From Octopus sinensis (Eukaryota): DNA of 64,000 bases. Every line of letters begins with the position of its first letter. Position 1 is the stretch's first letter. A model generated the notes under the pieces. The model was given only the letters and a program-made list of their open reading frames with translations, had not been told where the DNA came from and ran no database searches. This document shows, one piece after another, positions 12,460 to 24,279 of this stretch. Position numbers and translations under genes: made by a program. Location: assembly GCF_006345805.1 (NCBI RefSeq), contig NC_043000.1, forward strand, positions 102,672,001 to 102,736,000, given 5' to 3'.

Positions 12460-15387
12460 ACATCAGAGGACTGCTAACACTCAGTAACAGGACAAAAATC
12501 CCGTTCTTGAGAGACTTTGTTGCATGCAATCAAGCCTTATGCATAGCACTTACGGAAACATACCTGAAACCGACATAGCAGATGCGGAAATACACATACC
12601 ACAGTATGTTGTACTACGGACCGACAGAAAAGAAAGGAGTCATGGAGGAGTTGCTATGTACATCCGTGAGGACCTCACACCCCAGGTCCTTTTGTCATAC
12701 TCAAATTTGGTGTGTGACACACTAATTGTACATATAAGGCAACTTGGTGTAGTTATATGTGCTACATATCGCCCTCCAGATGCCCCAAGCCATGTAGGCA
12801 AGTTTGAAGACTGCCTTATAAAAATAGAAGTTCTAGTCACATTAGAACAACACATAAGTGTACTTCTTATGGGAGACTTCAATCTACCCAATGTCAGATG
12901 GCCCGAGGGCCTTTCTCTCCCAGGAATGACACGATGCGAACGAGGACAGGCGAGGTCCCTCCTGAACCTCATCAACACTCTGTACATGGAGCAAGTAATA
13001 CTCCAACCAACCAGGGCAGGTAACATACTGGATCTCTGCTTCACAAATAATATGGATCTTATCCATAATGTGAAAGTGACACCGACACTACTCTCGGATC
13101 ACATGTACGGGCCAAAGGAAAGCATGGACATGCAGCCTACAAGAAACTCTCAGAATCTTTCCAGCTTGAACTTCCATAAGGCAAACTGGAAACAAATTGA
13201 GAAAGAGATCCTCAAACAAAACCGGCCTGAATGTCTATCCTCACCAGACATCGACATGAAACTTCAACAATTCATGTCTGTAATGCAAGCCATATGCTAC
13301 AAATGTGTCCCAGAGAGAAAGGCCACTGTACACAAGAGGAAAATCCCCAGAGAGAGGAAAATTCTAATGAGACGGCGTACAAAGGTTTCAAATCGCCTAA
13401 ACAAACAAATTGAAAGCAGTGAAAAGTCCCGCCTGAAAATAAAACTGTTGGAAATTGAAAAATGTCTGCAACTCTCCCATGAAAAAGAAAGAGCAGACAA
13501 AGAAGCCTGGGCTATAGACAACATAAAATCTAACCCCAGAGCTTTCTACAGGTATGCCAAAGAAACAGCTACGGTGCACTGTAGGATAGGGCCACTCCTT
13601 GAAAAGGATGGCACACTCACAGGAAATCCAATGAGGGTAAGTGAAATACTAAATGAGCAATTCAAGAGTATTTTCACGCCACCCCTAGGGCATTTTCAAG
13701 TCAGCAATCCAACTGACTTCTTTACCACTGCAGATATAAAATCGGAGGCAGCAATGATTGATTACATCAATATAAAAGAAGACGATGTAATAAAGGCTAT
13801 TGATGAAATGAAAACAAACTCAGCTACTGGCCCAGATGGATTCCCAGCAATCCTTCTAAAAGTATGTAAGAGAGTCCTAGCAAGACCACTGCAGTTCCTC
13901 TTTCAGAGCTTCCTTGCAACTGGCAAACTTCCAAGAAAATTGAAGGAAGGTAAAATATGCCCTATTCATAAAGGAGGTAGCAGAGCGGAGGTCAAGAACT
14001 ACAGACCTATCTCTCTGACCTCACACATCAGCAAGGTCATGGAACGAATAGTCAGAAGGAAACTAATCACCTTCCTTGAAGAAAATGACTTGCTGCCTGA
14101 CACCCAACATGGTTTCCGACCAGGAAGAAGCTGCTTAACTCAGCTCCTACAACACTATGACTGGGTGCTGAAACGACTGCTCAACCACTCAAATGTGGAA
14201 GTGATATATCTCGACTTTGCAAAGACCTTTGATAAAGTCGATCATGGAATGCTATGTCACAAACTGCGTGATCTTGGCATAGTTGGAAAATTGGGAGAAT
14301 GGCTTCATGACTTTCTGAAGGATAGAAGTCAAGTGGTAGTAGCCAATGGAGTCACTTCCACTAACACGCAAATAGTGAGCGGTGTTCCGCAGGGTACTGT
14401 TTTGGGACCACTACTGTTCATAATGGCCCTCTCAGACATGCCCTCAGCCACGCAGAGAGCCACGATCACAAGTTATGCAGATGATACAAAAGTTTCACAG
14501 GCAATACAGAACCCTGAAGACACTAAGCACCTGCAATGTGAGCTGGACAAAATATACAAGTGGGCTGAAAAGAATAGCATGCAGTTCAATGCTGAAAAGT
14601 TTCAAGCTCTATGCTATCAGCACGCAAAACTAAATGCAATACCCAATAAATACACTGGACCTGGAGGGACTGCAATACCAGAGGCACAATCAGTGCGTGA
14701 CCTGGGTATTTACATGAGTGATTATGCAACCTTTCATGTGAATGTTGCTAAATTGGCAATGAAAGGTAGCGGCTGACCGGATGGATTCTTAGAACCTCCA
14801 GAACAAGAGACCAGGAAACCATGATGGTCCTCTGGAGGACACTTGTCCTAAGCCACTTTGACTATTGCTCTCAGCTATGGTCACCATCCAGTGTCAAGTT
14901 AATCACAGAACTTGAGGCGATCCAACGAAGCTACACGAAGCTACAGCATATAAACTATTGGGAAAGACTCAAGAGATTGAGACTATATTCTTTAGATCGT
15001 AGGCGAGAAAGATATGCCATAATATACATCTGGAAGATCCTAGAAGGACTTGTCCCAAACTTTGGCATCGAGAGTTACACAAATGCCAGAACTGGGCGCC
15101 ACTGCATAGTGCCAAGGTCTCCAAATTTGCCATCAAGATGTAGGACAAGATACTGTGATAGCCTGGGCTTCCAAGGCCCACAGCTCTTCAATATCCTTCC
15201 GAAGAACCTAAGAGACATGCATGGGGTGGATGCAGATGTCTTTAAAATGAAACTGGATCCCTTCTTGTCAGGTATCCCAGATGAACCAACTTCACGGCAG
15301 GAGGTGCAGATGAGGGCAGCTGCATCGAATTCTCTCATGCACCAAATGGCAATTGCTAAAAAGCATTCGTGCAGTGAAATCATGTAG
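12447..15387 (+). pseudogene. LINE ORF2 (apurinic endonuclease + reverse transcriptase), CR1/L2 group, disrupted by two 1-nt frameshifts
   Basis: APE motifs LLLNIRGL, ALTETYL, GGVAMYI, GDFNLP, NILDLCFT, SDH. RT motifs GPDGFP, NYRPISLTS, QHGFRPGRSC, YLDFAKTFDKV, SGVPQGTVLGPLLF, YADD. C-terminal YWERLKRLRLYSLDRRRER. Split over track ORFs 12303-12578, 12524-14776 and 14821-15387, with frameshifts near 12570 (YLKP/DIADAE) and near 14769 (MKG/RLTGWILR). Confidence 0.95.
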
Positions 15388-15470
15388 CAACACCAAATGG
15401 CGGTGCCCCAGCATGGTCACAGCTTGTGAGCTGAAACGAGATAAAAAAAATAAATAAATAAATAAATAAA

Positions 15471-15506
<36 letters not shown>

Positions 15507-15938
15507 GAGTGAGCGAGCAGAGCATGCCATCGAAGTGACACTGGGGTAAAATATACGAAGCCCAGTATACCCATCATGACTACCCGTCTGATAAAGGTAC
15601 ACCAGGCACATGCATCACAACCATATGTGCGCGACATGGTGATCTCATATCAAGATAAACAGCACATGACCTTGCAGGTGGAGCCCAGTTAGAATTTTCT
15701 TCAGATCGAGTAACCCATCCCGCTCAAAAGGTCCCTGAATAAGGCTTGTTTAAGGATGTTGAACGAAACACCCATGTTTCCAGAGGTGAATTATTCAAAC
15801 CCCAAAGAATCCTTCTCAACACATGGCTATGATGCTCCCCCACTACTTCTGCTCGTGATCAGAGATGCACATATCGTCAGCCACTAAGGGACATGCTCAA
15901 CTGGTTAAGGTCAAACAACTGACAAGCAAATCTGTGGT
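15507..15938. mobile_element. ~430-bp non-coding interspersed repeat embedded in (ATT)n tracts
   Basis: High-complexity block bounded on both sides by ATT repeats. It resembles a repeat I recall as common in octopus sequence; only one copy is in this window. Confidence 0.45.
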
Positions 15939-15964
15939 TATCATTATTATTATTATCATTAAGA

Positions 15965-16100
15965 ATGCGGCGAGCTAATAGAATCGTTACTGCTTCGGGT
16001 AAAATGCTTGCCGGCATTTCTTATTGCTTTATATTCCGAGTTCAAATGCCGCCGAGGTTGACTTTGACTTTCATACCTTCAGGATCGATAAAATAAGAAC
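15965..16100 (+). mobile_element. SINE family B, 5' part
   Basis: GCGGCGAGCTAATAGAATCG...GAGTTCAAATGCCGCCGAGG. Confidence 0.7.
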
Positions 16101-16659
16101 CACTTTAGGGAGGGACAAGCACTCTATACATGCGATAGTGTATATTCTTTACTGAAGCGAAATATTTAACTCACCATTCGACTTTCTCACTAAACAATCT
16201 TGAAGCAAGAACAAACACACACACAAGCACAAACACATATATACATGCATAAGTGCATTCACTCACGCTCATATATACATACATCTGTGTGCGTGTATTA
16301 TGAATGTTATACTCACGTATTGTACTTTAAAACTTGACGATTGCTATATGCACGGAGTCGTCTGATTTTTGCTTATCCTTCTGAATATATGTACACTATT
16401 CTAATTTCTATCCATATTCAGATTTTAAAACACAGAAGGAAGCAATGTGATGCACGAGCAGAGCATGAAATAACAGAATGACCCCTGGATAATCTAGCCT
16501 TAGATATCAAAAAAAAGGGAAAAGGGCGTAATGTTTATGGTGTTCATGGCTAGAGAACTTTTGTTTGCAATAGTGATTCTCAACAGGGATCCATATGGCC
16601 TTTGGTGGTCAAAGATTTTGTCGTTAAAATTCATGTGTAATGAATTGCTTATACAACTT

Positions 16660-17972
16660 CAGGTTGGGGCAGAGAGGACGGACATTTTTGAAATGGTTAT
16701 TACTTAACCCCGGTGTGGATAGACATATGTCCGACAGGTACCATTCCGTCCGTGGCATCTTAGCATCTTTTTTTCATGTGAAGCTGTGGTGCGGTGGATG
16801 ATAGAGCATCGCGTGTTTTTCTACAACAGTTACGTGAAGAATAATGAGTTTGTCAGCAGTTCAGCGTGAGTTTCGGCGCCACTTCGATATTCACTGAAAT
16901 CAGGTTGTTCACACCCGTAACACAATCTTACGTTTGGTGAAAGCACTTCGTACACGAGGTACACTAATGAATAGGATACTGTTGGGGGCACCACAAACTG
17001 TACGAACCCCGGAAAATGTGGAACGCGTCAAACAAGCTTTGATACGGAGTCCGAATCGTTCTGCTCGGAGGCATTCCACAGAACTTGGCATCGGTAATCG
17101 ATCAGTAAAGAGTATTTTGTATGAAGACCTGCATTTCCATTGTACAAATTGGTCACTGGGTAACAGTTGAAACCATAAGGCTATGCACAGCGGCTTAACT
17201 TCGTACATCAGATGGAAGCAATGTTTGAGGCAAATGACAACCTCATTTTGCTAATGAGTGATGAAGCTCATTTTCATGGCATGGTGAATCAATAGAACTG
17301 TCGTTATTGGGCTCTTGAAAATCCGAGAGAACTGCACAGCCCAAAAGTGATGATCTGGTATGTTGTTGGAAAAGCTGCTGTCGTTGGTCCTTACTTTTTT
17401 GAAGATAATAACGGAAATACTGTTACTGTGAACTCCGAACGTTACATCGAGATGATAAACAACTTCTTTATGCCTGAATTACAACAAAAACGTATGCCTA
17501 TTCGACGTGTGTGGTTTCAGCAGGATGGGATGACGGCCTACACAGCCAGAGCATCAATGGATGTTCTTCGCCCTCTCTTCGGTGAGTGCCTCATTTCCAG
17601 GTTTGCTGACATTCCTTAGACCCCCTCAGTTCCCTGATTTGTCCATGTGCGATTATTTCTTGTGGGGAAAACCTCAAGGCACGTGTGTGTGCATATAAGC
17701 CCCGTACATTGGACGATTTGAAGGAAGCTATTCGCGTGGAAGTCGCCCAGGTCAGCAGATCAATGCTGGAGAGAGTGAAGGCCAACTTCCAAGAACGCTT
17801 TCAGAAATGCATCAATGAAAACGGACACCACATGATGGATATTGTTTCCCAGACTTAATTTTGACAAATGCTAATTCAATACGAACACATTGATGTCAAT
17901 AAAATTTGTTTGGCGCAAAAATTAATGATTTTGTGAATTTTTCAAAACCGTCCGTCCTCTCTGCCCCACTCT
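16660..17972 (+). mobile_element. Degraded Tc1/mariner transposon, DD41D (rosa-like) type
   Basis: TIR TGGGGCAGAGAGGACGGAC (16665-16683) is the reverse complement of 17950-17968. Transposase remnants: HTH region (RTVRTPENVERVKQALIRSPNRSARRHS), SDEAHF, WFQQDG, and SPDLSMCDYFLWG. 41 residues separate the second and third D when the frameshifted WPPRS segment is restored. Confidence 0.9.
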
Positions 17973-18039
17973 ATACAATACACAATTTTTTTTTAAATTA
18001 TACACCTCCTAATAATACTGAAAATATAAGATTTTTTAA

Positions 18040-18131
18040 AACAATGAATGGTCATGGGGTCCAGGAGAGTAGAATTGGAATCAAATGGCTCGGCTCCATA
18101 GGTAAAAAAAAAAAGTGGTTGAGAATCACTG
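18040..18131. mobile_element. One end of the same hAT-type MITE family
   Basis: CCATAGGTAAAAAA...GGTTGAGAATCACTG followed by GTCTAGAG; the other end was not found. Confidence 0.55.
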
Positions 18132-18234
18132 GTCTAGAGATTTGCTTGGGCTGGATTGCTTTGGAGTCATACAACTTGATATACTTACTCTCTCTTTCTC
18201 CCCTCTCTCTCTTTCCTGTCCTCTATCCTTTCTA

Positions 18235-18272
<38 letters not shown>

Positions 18273-19209
18273 CACACACACACACTCACGCACAAACAAC
18301 CTAATACACCTTCATGCGCGTACACAAGTATATGTAATGTTGTGTAAAAGACACACTTGAAACTCTTTGCTGCACTCACTTTCCTAACCTGTTACACTCG
18401 GTGCATACTTAGCGCTTACACTTGACACGATTAGTAAACCCTCCAGACGTAATTACCACTTACGCAGCCACTCTCATGCCAAATCATATTCAAATCGAAA
18501 TTGCCATCTGAGTTTAATAAACGCTATATGTGCCAAATGCGTTAATTGATGCCTGGGAAATGAACGAAGGGTGAGAAATAAGATATATATTAGATTGAGT
18601 GTTGGCCGTAGTCTTTGAGCATTGGTCACACAAACCACTTGCTCTTTAGCCAGTTGTTCTTTGACCTACTTCTCAGCAAGCTGAGTAAGCTGAGCAAGTT
18701 GAAGAAACATGTTGTGACAGAGAGATTCTAACAATGGTATTCATGTTTTTTTTTTTGGGGGGGGGGTACGGAGTTCTAGTTTGAGCACCCTAATATAACC
18801 CCTCATAGCTTCTTTATTTTTTTAGAATTTTAAGAAACATTTTGCGAATTTGTGTTCTATATATGGGTATTCGTGCAATTAAGAAAGAAAAAAATTTTCG
18901 GTGTATGATTTAGGGGCGATTTAGCTGTTATTTTTTAACACATCTCACGACTACCTGATACCTTCCTAGTTTCTCACTCTGACATGAATTAATGGTTTTT
19001 TTTCAGTATTTTTCTCCTCGTAAACACATTTAATGGAATGATGATGCACTAAAAGGTGGTCCTTTGCTGGGTTTTAAACAAAATATTCGAACTGTCCGTT
19101 TTTTAAACTCTGATTAAAAAGAAAAACATAAAAGAGTGGAACTTTTACTGAAGGAGGAGGTTTAGAAAATTATTTTTTATTTATTTATATAGTGTGTTTG
19201 TGTGTGTGT

Positions 19210-19345
19210 ATGACGGACTGCCATACAATTTCCAAATTTACTCACAAAGCATTGGTTGATCTGGAGGTTATGAGAGAAGGCTCTTGCCCATGGTTCCGTC
19301 CAGTGGCACTGAACCCCAAATCGCGTTCTTGCGAACCAAGCGTCT
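19210..19345 (-). mobile_element. SINE family A, degenerate 5' half
   Basis: Diverged reverse complement of the head. Confidence 0.55.
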
Positions 19346-20904
19346 AAACCGCGCACCCATGCCTAAAAAATTATATTTGTGTCAATAGTATTCAGTTAAA
19401 AAAATGCTCTCATGAGACTTCAATAAATAGGAGAGTGGGTAGACATATACTGGTAATATAAGGGATCAACATCTTATAAACAGCCTCGTATAGCGTGGTT
19501 CAATTTCTATGGCTGACATAACTGATTAGCAAGAGAATTCTAGTTAGTGATGAGCACTTTACAACATCACTTTCAGTAGTCAGAAGTGAATGAAAAATCA
19601 GAATATTTTAACACACGAATGTCTTAAAATAGACGAATATACGAGCTAACCTCTAAGCAGTTAATCATCCGGTAGAAAAAGGAACCAAATTTCTGTTTAA
19701 TCCTTATAGCACTTCAAAAAGGGAACGGTACATTAGATAAAGTAGTTCTAAATTGACACATCATCCCCACCACCACAAAAAGATCTGATGGGTTAAACCG
19801 ATGATCAGAGACTTTTGATCCGTTTGTTCCATTAGGTCTGACAACAACGAGGATTATTTCAAAAGTGTTAGGAATAATCTTAGATACCAGATTAGAATCA
19901 GAAATTATTAAGAGAACTCTTTAAATTTCTTTGTCCTGGTGTTACAACAGATTTGATATCTTAAATGTTAAAAGAATGAACCATATCTTTCCTTCGTTTG
20001 GAACTATTGGCTTTAGGCAATACTTTTTGGGCTCATTTTGCTCTATAGACAACAATATATTCTTTTTATCGTTGAGTCTTGTTGATGTTGCTGTAGTTGT
20101 TTGCTTGGCCTCAGGTTAGCACTCTTTGAACAAACAAACTCATGATCAAGTTACTCCTGCCGTTACCATACCGTCTGAGTGTCAGAAATAAGGTCATTGA
20201 AAAATGTCATCCGTTTTTCATTGACCTCTTTTTTTTTTCTTTTAATGAAGGTAGGGTGTACTTTGAGAAAGATTCGGGTGCTATATCCAGCAGGTCGACA
20301 GACCAAATAAGAACTCCTTCATCGACTCGTATCATTAAGTGTAAGTTTTGTGCCCTGGAGAGATCACATCAGCTTGGCCGCAATGTGTAGATAGACACAA
20401 CACAGGAAGTAGCCGTCGATTAAATGCGAGTCTTATTGCCCAAATGTCGTAGAACATGGCGCCAGGGTTTACAACCAATGGTGGGCGGTATACAAATGTG
20501 CATGAAATTTATATAGGATATAGGCCAGTTAAATTCTTACAATACTTTTTTCTATTTCATTTCACTACGTTTTGCTGGTTTATTATAATTGTTGTTGTTG
20601 TTATTGTTGTTATTTTACTGTTATTTCCATATAATTTCGAACGGAAAAAAAGTAACGCCTGTGTAGGAAACGTATAAACAATGACGAAAATTTTCGGATT
20701 TGATGATGAGCTGAAGAAAAAGAAAAACAGCTGTTATCGACCTCATTTTATTTCATGCAACCTATTTTTGTAATACGGTGTATTTTTTCTAGGTCTGTGG
20801 AAAGCAAGTTTAAAATGGCTCCCAATTACTATTTTTTTAGTGGGGGAAAGGGATTACTTAAATATTACCTATATATATATATATTATATTATATTATATA
20901 TATG

Positions 20905-20932
<28 letters not shown>

Positions 20933-20935
<3 letters not shown>

Positions 20936-21335
20936 CTAAGCAATAAAGGGTTTAGCAACGAATTGCCTTACCACATACCGAATTTAGAAATAGCAGTCAA
21001 AGAGTTATAGCTATTTCTTCTACTAAAAAGGGAGATCTCAGTAAAAACAGCAATTGGAAGGCAGACACAAACAGGTAAGAGAGAATGAATTGACGGCAAT
21101 CTATCATACAATTTTAAGTTATCTACGGACGACGTACGTCCGTAGATAACTTAAAATTGTATGATAGATTGCCGTCAATTCATTCTCTCTTACCTGTTTG
21201 TGTCTGCCTTCCAATTGCTGTTTTTACTGAGATCTCCCTTTTTAGTAGAAGAAATAGCTATAACTCTTTGACTGCTATTTCTAAATTCGGTATGTGGTAA
21301 GGCAATTCGTTGCTAAACCCTTTATTGCTTAGTAT
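20933..21335. repeat. Perfect inverted repeat, 199-bp arms, 5-nt spacer
   Basis: 20933-21131 is the reverse complement of 21137-21335, with spacer ACGTA; I found no mismatch reading by eye. It begins directly after a (TA)n tract. Confidence 0.95.
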
Positions 21336-21436
21336 TACTTAAATTCTCCTCGAATGAGGCTTTTACATGCCGAAGACTACTTGGTGTAATTGATAATTAT
21401 TCCAAATTAATTAATTTCACCCTTCATTATTACGGA

Positions 21437-21475
<39 letters not shown>

Positions 21476-21476
<1 letters not shown>

Positions 21477-21530
21477 GGCGGTGCCCCAGCATGGCCACAG
21501 TTCGTGAGCTGAAACTAGATAAAATTAATG
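21476..21530 (+). mobile_element. Extremely 5'-truncated copy (3' tail only) of the same LINE family
   Basis: TGGCGGTGCCCCAGCATGGCCACAGTTCGTGAGCTGAAACTAGATAAAA closely matches the LINE 3' UTR at 15398-15447. Confidence 0.75.
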
Positions 21531-21539
21531 AAAATGATA

Positions 21540-22185
21540 TATATATGCATATGTAGGTATAGGACGTCACCAACGGTAAACAACATGAAATACAAAAACA
21601 AATGAGTTAAATACGCAAATAACGAGAGAAAAAAGGGAAAACAAGGCAAGTAATACAAAGAACAGCCCTTCAACAGTTCTCGGTTGTCTATCTACTCCCC
21701 ATTTCGAGCAATCAATGACAATATGAGTCTTCGAAGACAGTTGCTCCCATAAATACCAAATTAAAATTTTGGATTTTAAGAAGGGCCAAAGTTAGGAACA
21801 ATGACAGGACAGTGGAGACATAAGGGAAACCGAACGGAAATAAACATGGTGGGTCGTTAGACCTGAACGTGGGGAAAATAGTGAACACTAAGAGAAATAG
21901 TTTCTTTGAAAAGGGAAAAGATAGAAGAGAGAGACAGGAGACGTCCTGTCCTTAGAACGTCCGTGCAGGAAAGAAAGATGGTCACGTGAGGAAATGAAAG
22001 ATGGACGGTGGTCACTTGTGAGCAACGAGAGAGAGAAAAGGAGAAAGAGGGGGAGAGAGAGAGACAGATAGAAAACGTTGAAATGGAGAAAAAGGGAATT
22101 AGAGAGGATGGGGGAGTAGAGTCGCATAAAAAAGGTTAAGATAAACTTACTTCGAAATGGATGCGTGGCGTTCAATTAAAAAATG
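21540..22185 (-). mobile_element. Family P repeat copy (long)
   Basis: Colinear with 4712-5372 from GGTATAGGACGTCACC to GATAAACTTACTTCGAAATGGATGCGTGGCGTTCAAT. Confidence 0.6.
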
Positions 22186-22429
22186 ATATTGTTATGTCGC
22201 ACGTTCGGATGCCCTCTACTCAACCCAACTCTCACCGTTACTCAACTCTTTCTCTGCTCGACTCCTCGACATCTAGACTTCTCCCTATGGTAGATGGTTC
22301 AGCAAAAATTTAGATTCAGATGAATATGGTACTTAAGTTGAGGCACCAGAATTTAGTACGTTATTATCCATACAATTTCAAAGTAAGGTGATTAAAATCA
22401 AAATAAGCAACAAGGATGTCCAGAGGTAA

Positions 22430-22516
22430 TGCAGTACGATCGTTTCATGCAACTCCATTTAATTGAACAATGCAATAATTACATCAATTTAAAATGTAGA
22501 GCAATCTTCAGCTGCA
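22430..22516 (-). ncRNA. Type-I hammerhead ribozyme motif, canonical core, long stem II
   Basis: Minus strand: UGCAG-CUGAAGA-[58-nt imperfect stem II]-GAAA-CGAUCG-UA-CUGCA. 5-bp stem I, palindromic stem III (ACGAUCGU), GUA triplet. Confidence 0.75.
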
Positions 22517-22790
22517 CAAAGACATAGAATTTAATTAAATTAGAACAGATGGACACATTAGTATAATTATACCTAAAATCTCCAAGAAGTTAAGGAGATA
22601 GACAAAGAACATGTTTCTACTTCAGCATAGAGTTACTAAAATTATCAAGAAGACTCTGCCTGCCACTGATTTTTTGTCTTTATGGGGTCAGTTTTAATTT
22701 ATAGACTAGTTTATCAAATCCCTTGTATATCTAAGGCTGAGAGAACATAGGGTAGTATCTGTTAGGGGTAGGGCTGAGGTAGTAGACAGA

Positions 22791-23213
22791 CATTCTAGTT
22801 GGTATAGTTATAAAAATCAATATTCACAGATACCATCTGATGAGTTAGTATATAAGTATACAATAGGTATAAATATTAAAGTATTTCTAGATAATTTATT
22901 TTCCTCCCGCTATTGTGGTAAGAAGTTTGGTATATACTCAAAAGTATTCATAAATTTCTATCCTTTTGTTATAATATTCTTCTTAATAATCCTTTGAATA
23001 ACCCTAAACTTTAACTGTTTACATAGCAAAATTGTTTAAAATATTTAACTATAGTAACATATAATAAGACTTTCCCTGTTTCATTATCAATAGTCTGCTA
23101 GAGGGCGTACCCCTTAATTATCAGCTAACATCTTGTTTCAGGTTTTCCCCTACTAAACCTCATGATATTGCTTATAATAAATCTTGATTTTTATGACTAT
23201 ACCAACTAGAATG
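22791..23213. repeat. 30-bp inverted repeat pair
   Basis: 22791-22820 matches the reverse complement of 23184-23213 at 29/30 positions. Confidence 0.8.
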
Positions 23214-23528
23214 ACGATTTGATAAAATTGAATAATGCGTTTAGGAGTGACAGCATTTTACTTTTTTCCACATTAGGGAAGTCGATCGTTTCAAGAAGTT
23301 AAATAAGCTTAAAATTGCTTTAGGGTTACAGTTTTATATAATTATTTTATAACGGCTAGACTTGTTGTTATAAGCGCAACTGCTTCCTGGCACTTACACA
23401 TTATTCTCTTCTTCTGTTTATAGGTATGCACTCAAACACTTCACACATACACACGCAAATGTGAGTTGTTGGTGGTATCAGGATGAAATACATACATACA
23501 TGCATACATGCACGCACATACACACACA

Positions 23529-23585
<57 letters not shown>

Positions 23586-24006
23586 ACACAATGCAAGTAA
23601 AATTATGCTTAACCCGTTCGTGTATATTCGGACGTGGGAAGATCGTTTGTTGCGGAAATAATCTCGGGAGAAAAACTCTACTCATGGACAACACGCATGA
23701 AAATACATTGGGCCATGAATAAGATCAGCCACGAATTTCGAATAGTCATTCACAGCCCCATATGAAGGAATAGCTATTCGATTTTCGTGGCTGATGATCT
23801 TTAACAATGCAGAAAGGCAAGTGCACTCTGTTCCAATGATGTCATTCATAATCCAATGTGTTTTCACACTTGTTGTTTATGACAAGAGTATTTCACTGGG
23901 ACTATTTTCGCAGTAGAAGGTCTCTCCAAGTCCGAGTGTACACGAGCGTATTAAATACCATTTTACATGCATAAATTTATACAATGCTGCTTTCTGCGAC
24001 TCTAGT

Positions 24007-24100
<94 letters not shown>

Positions 24101-24107
24101 GTATATG

Positions 24108-24279
<172 letters not shown>

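Larger units (their letters stand above)
11521..15470 (+). mobile_element. Near full-length CR1/L2-group non-LTR retrotransposon with short 3' UTR and (TAAA)n tail
   Basis: ORF1 and ORF2 in tandem, stop at 15385-15387, ~60-nt 3' UTR, then (TAAA)n running into (ATT)n. The 5' boundary is uncertain; the CT-rich tract 11200-11470 may be 5' UTR. Confidence 0.9.

Noticed and set aside
22600-22720. Slight resemblance to mitochondrial 16S rRNA (possible NUMT)
   Set aside because: Conserved 16S motifs are not present in order; the similarity is limited to a few bases.
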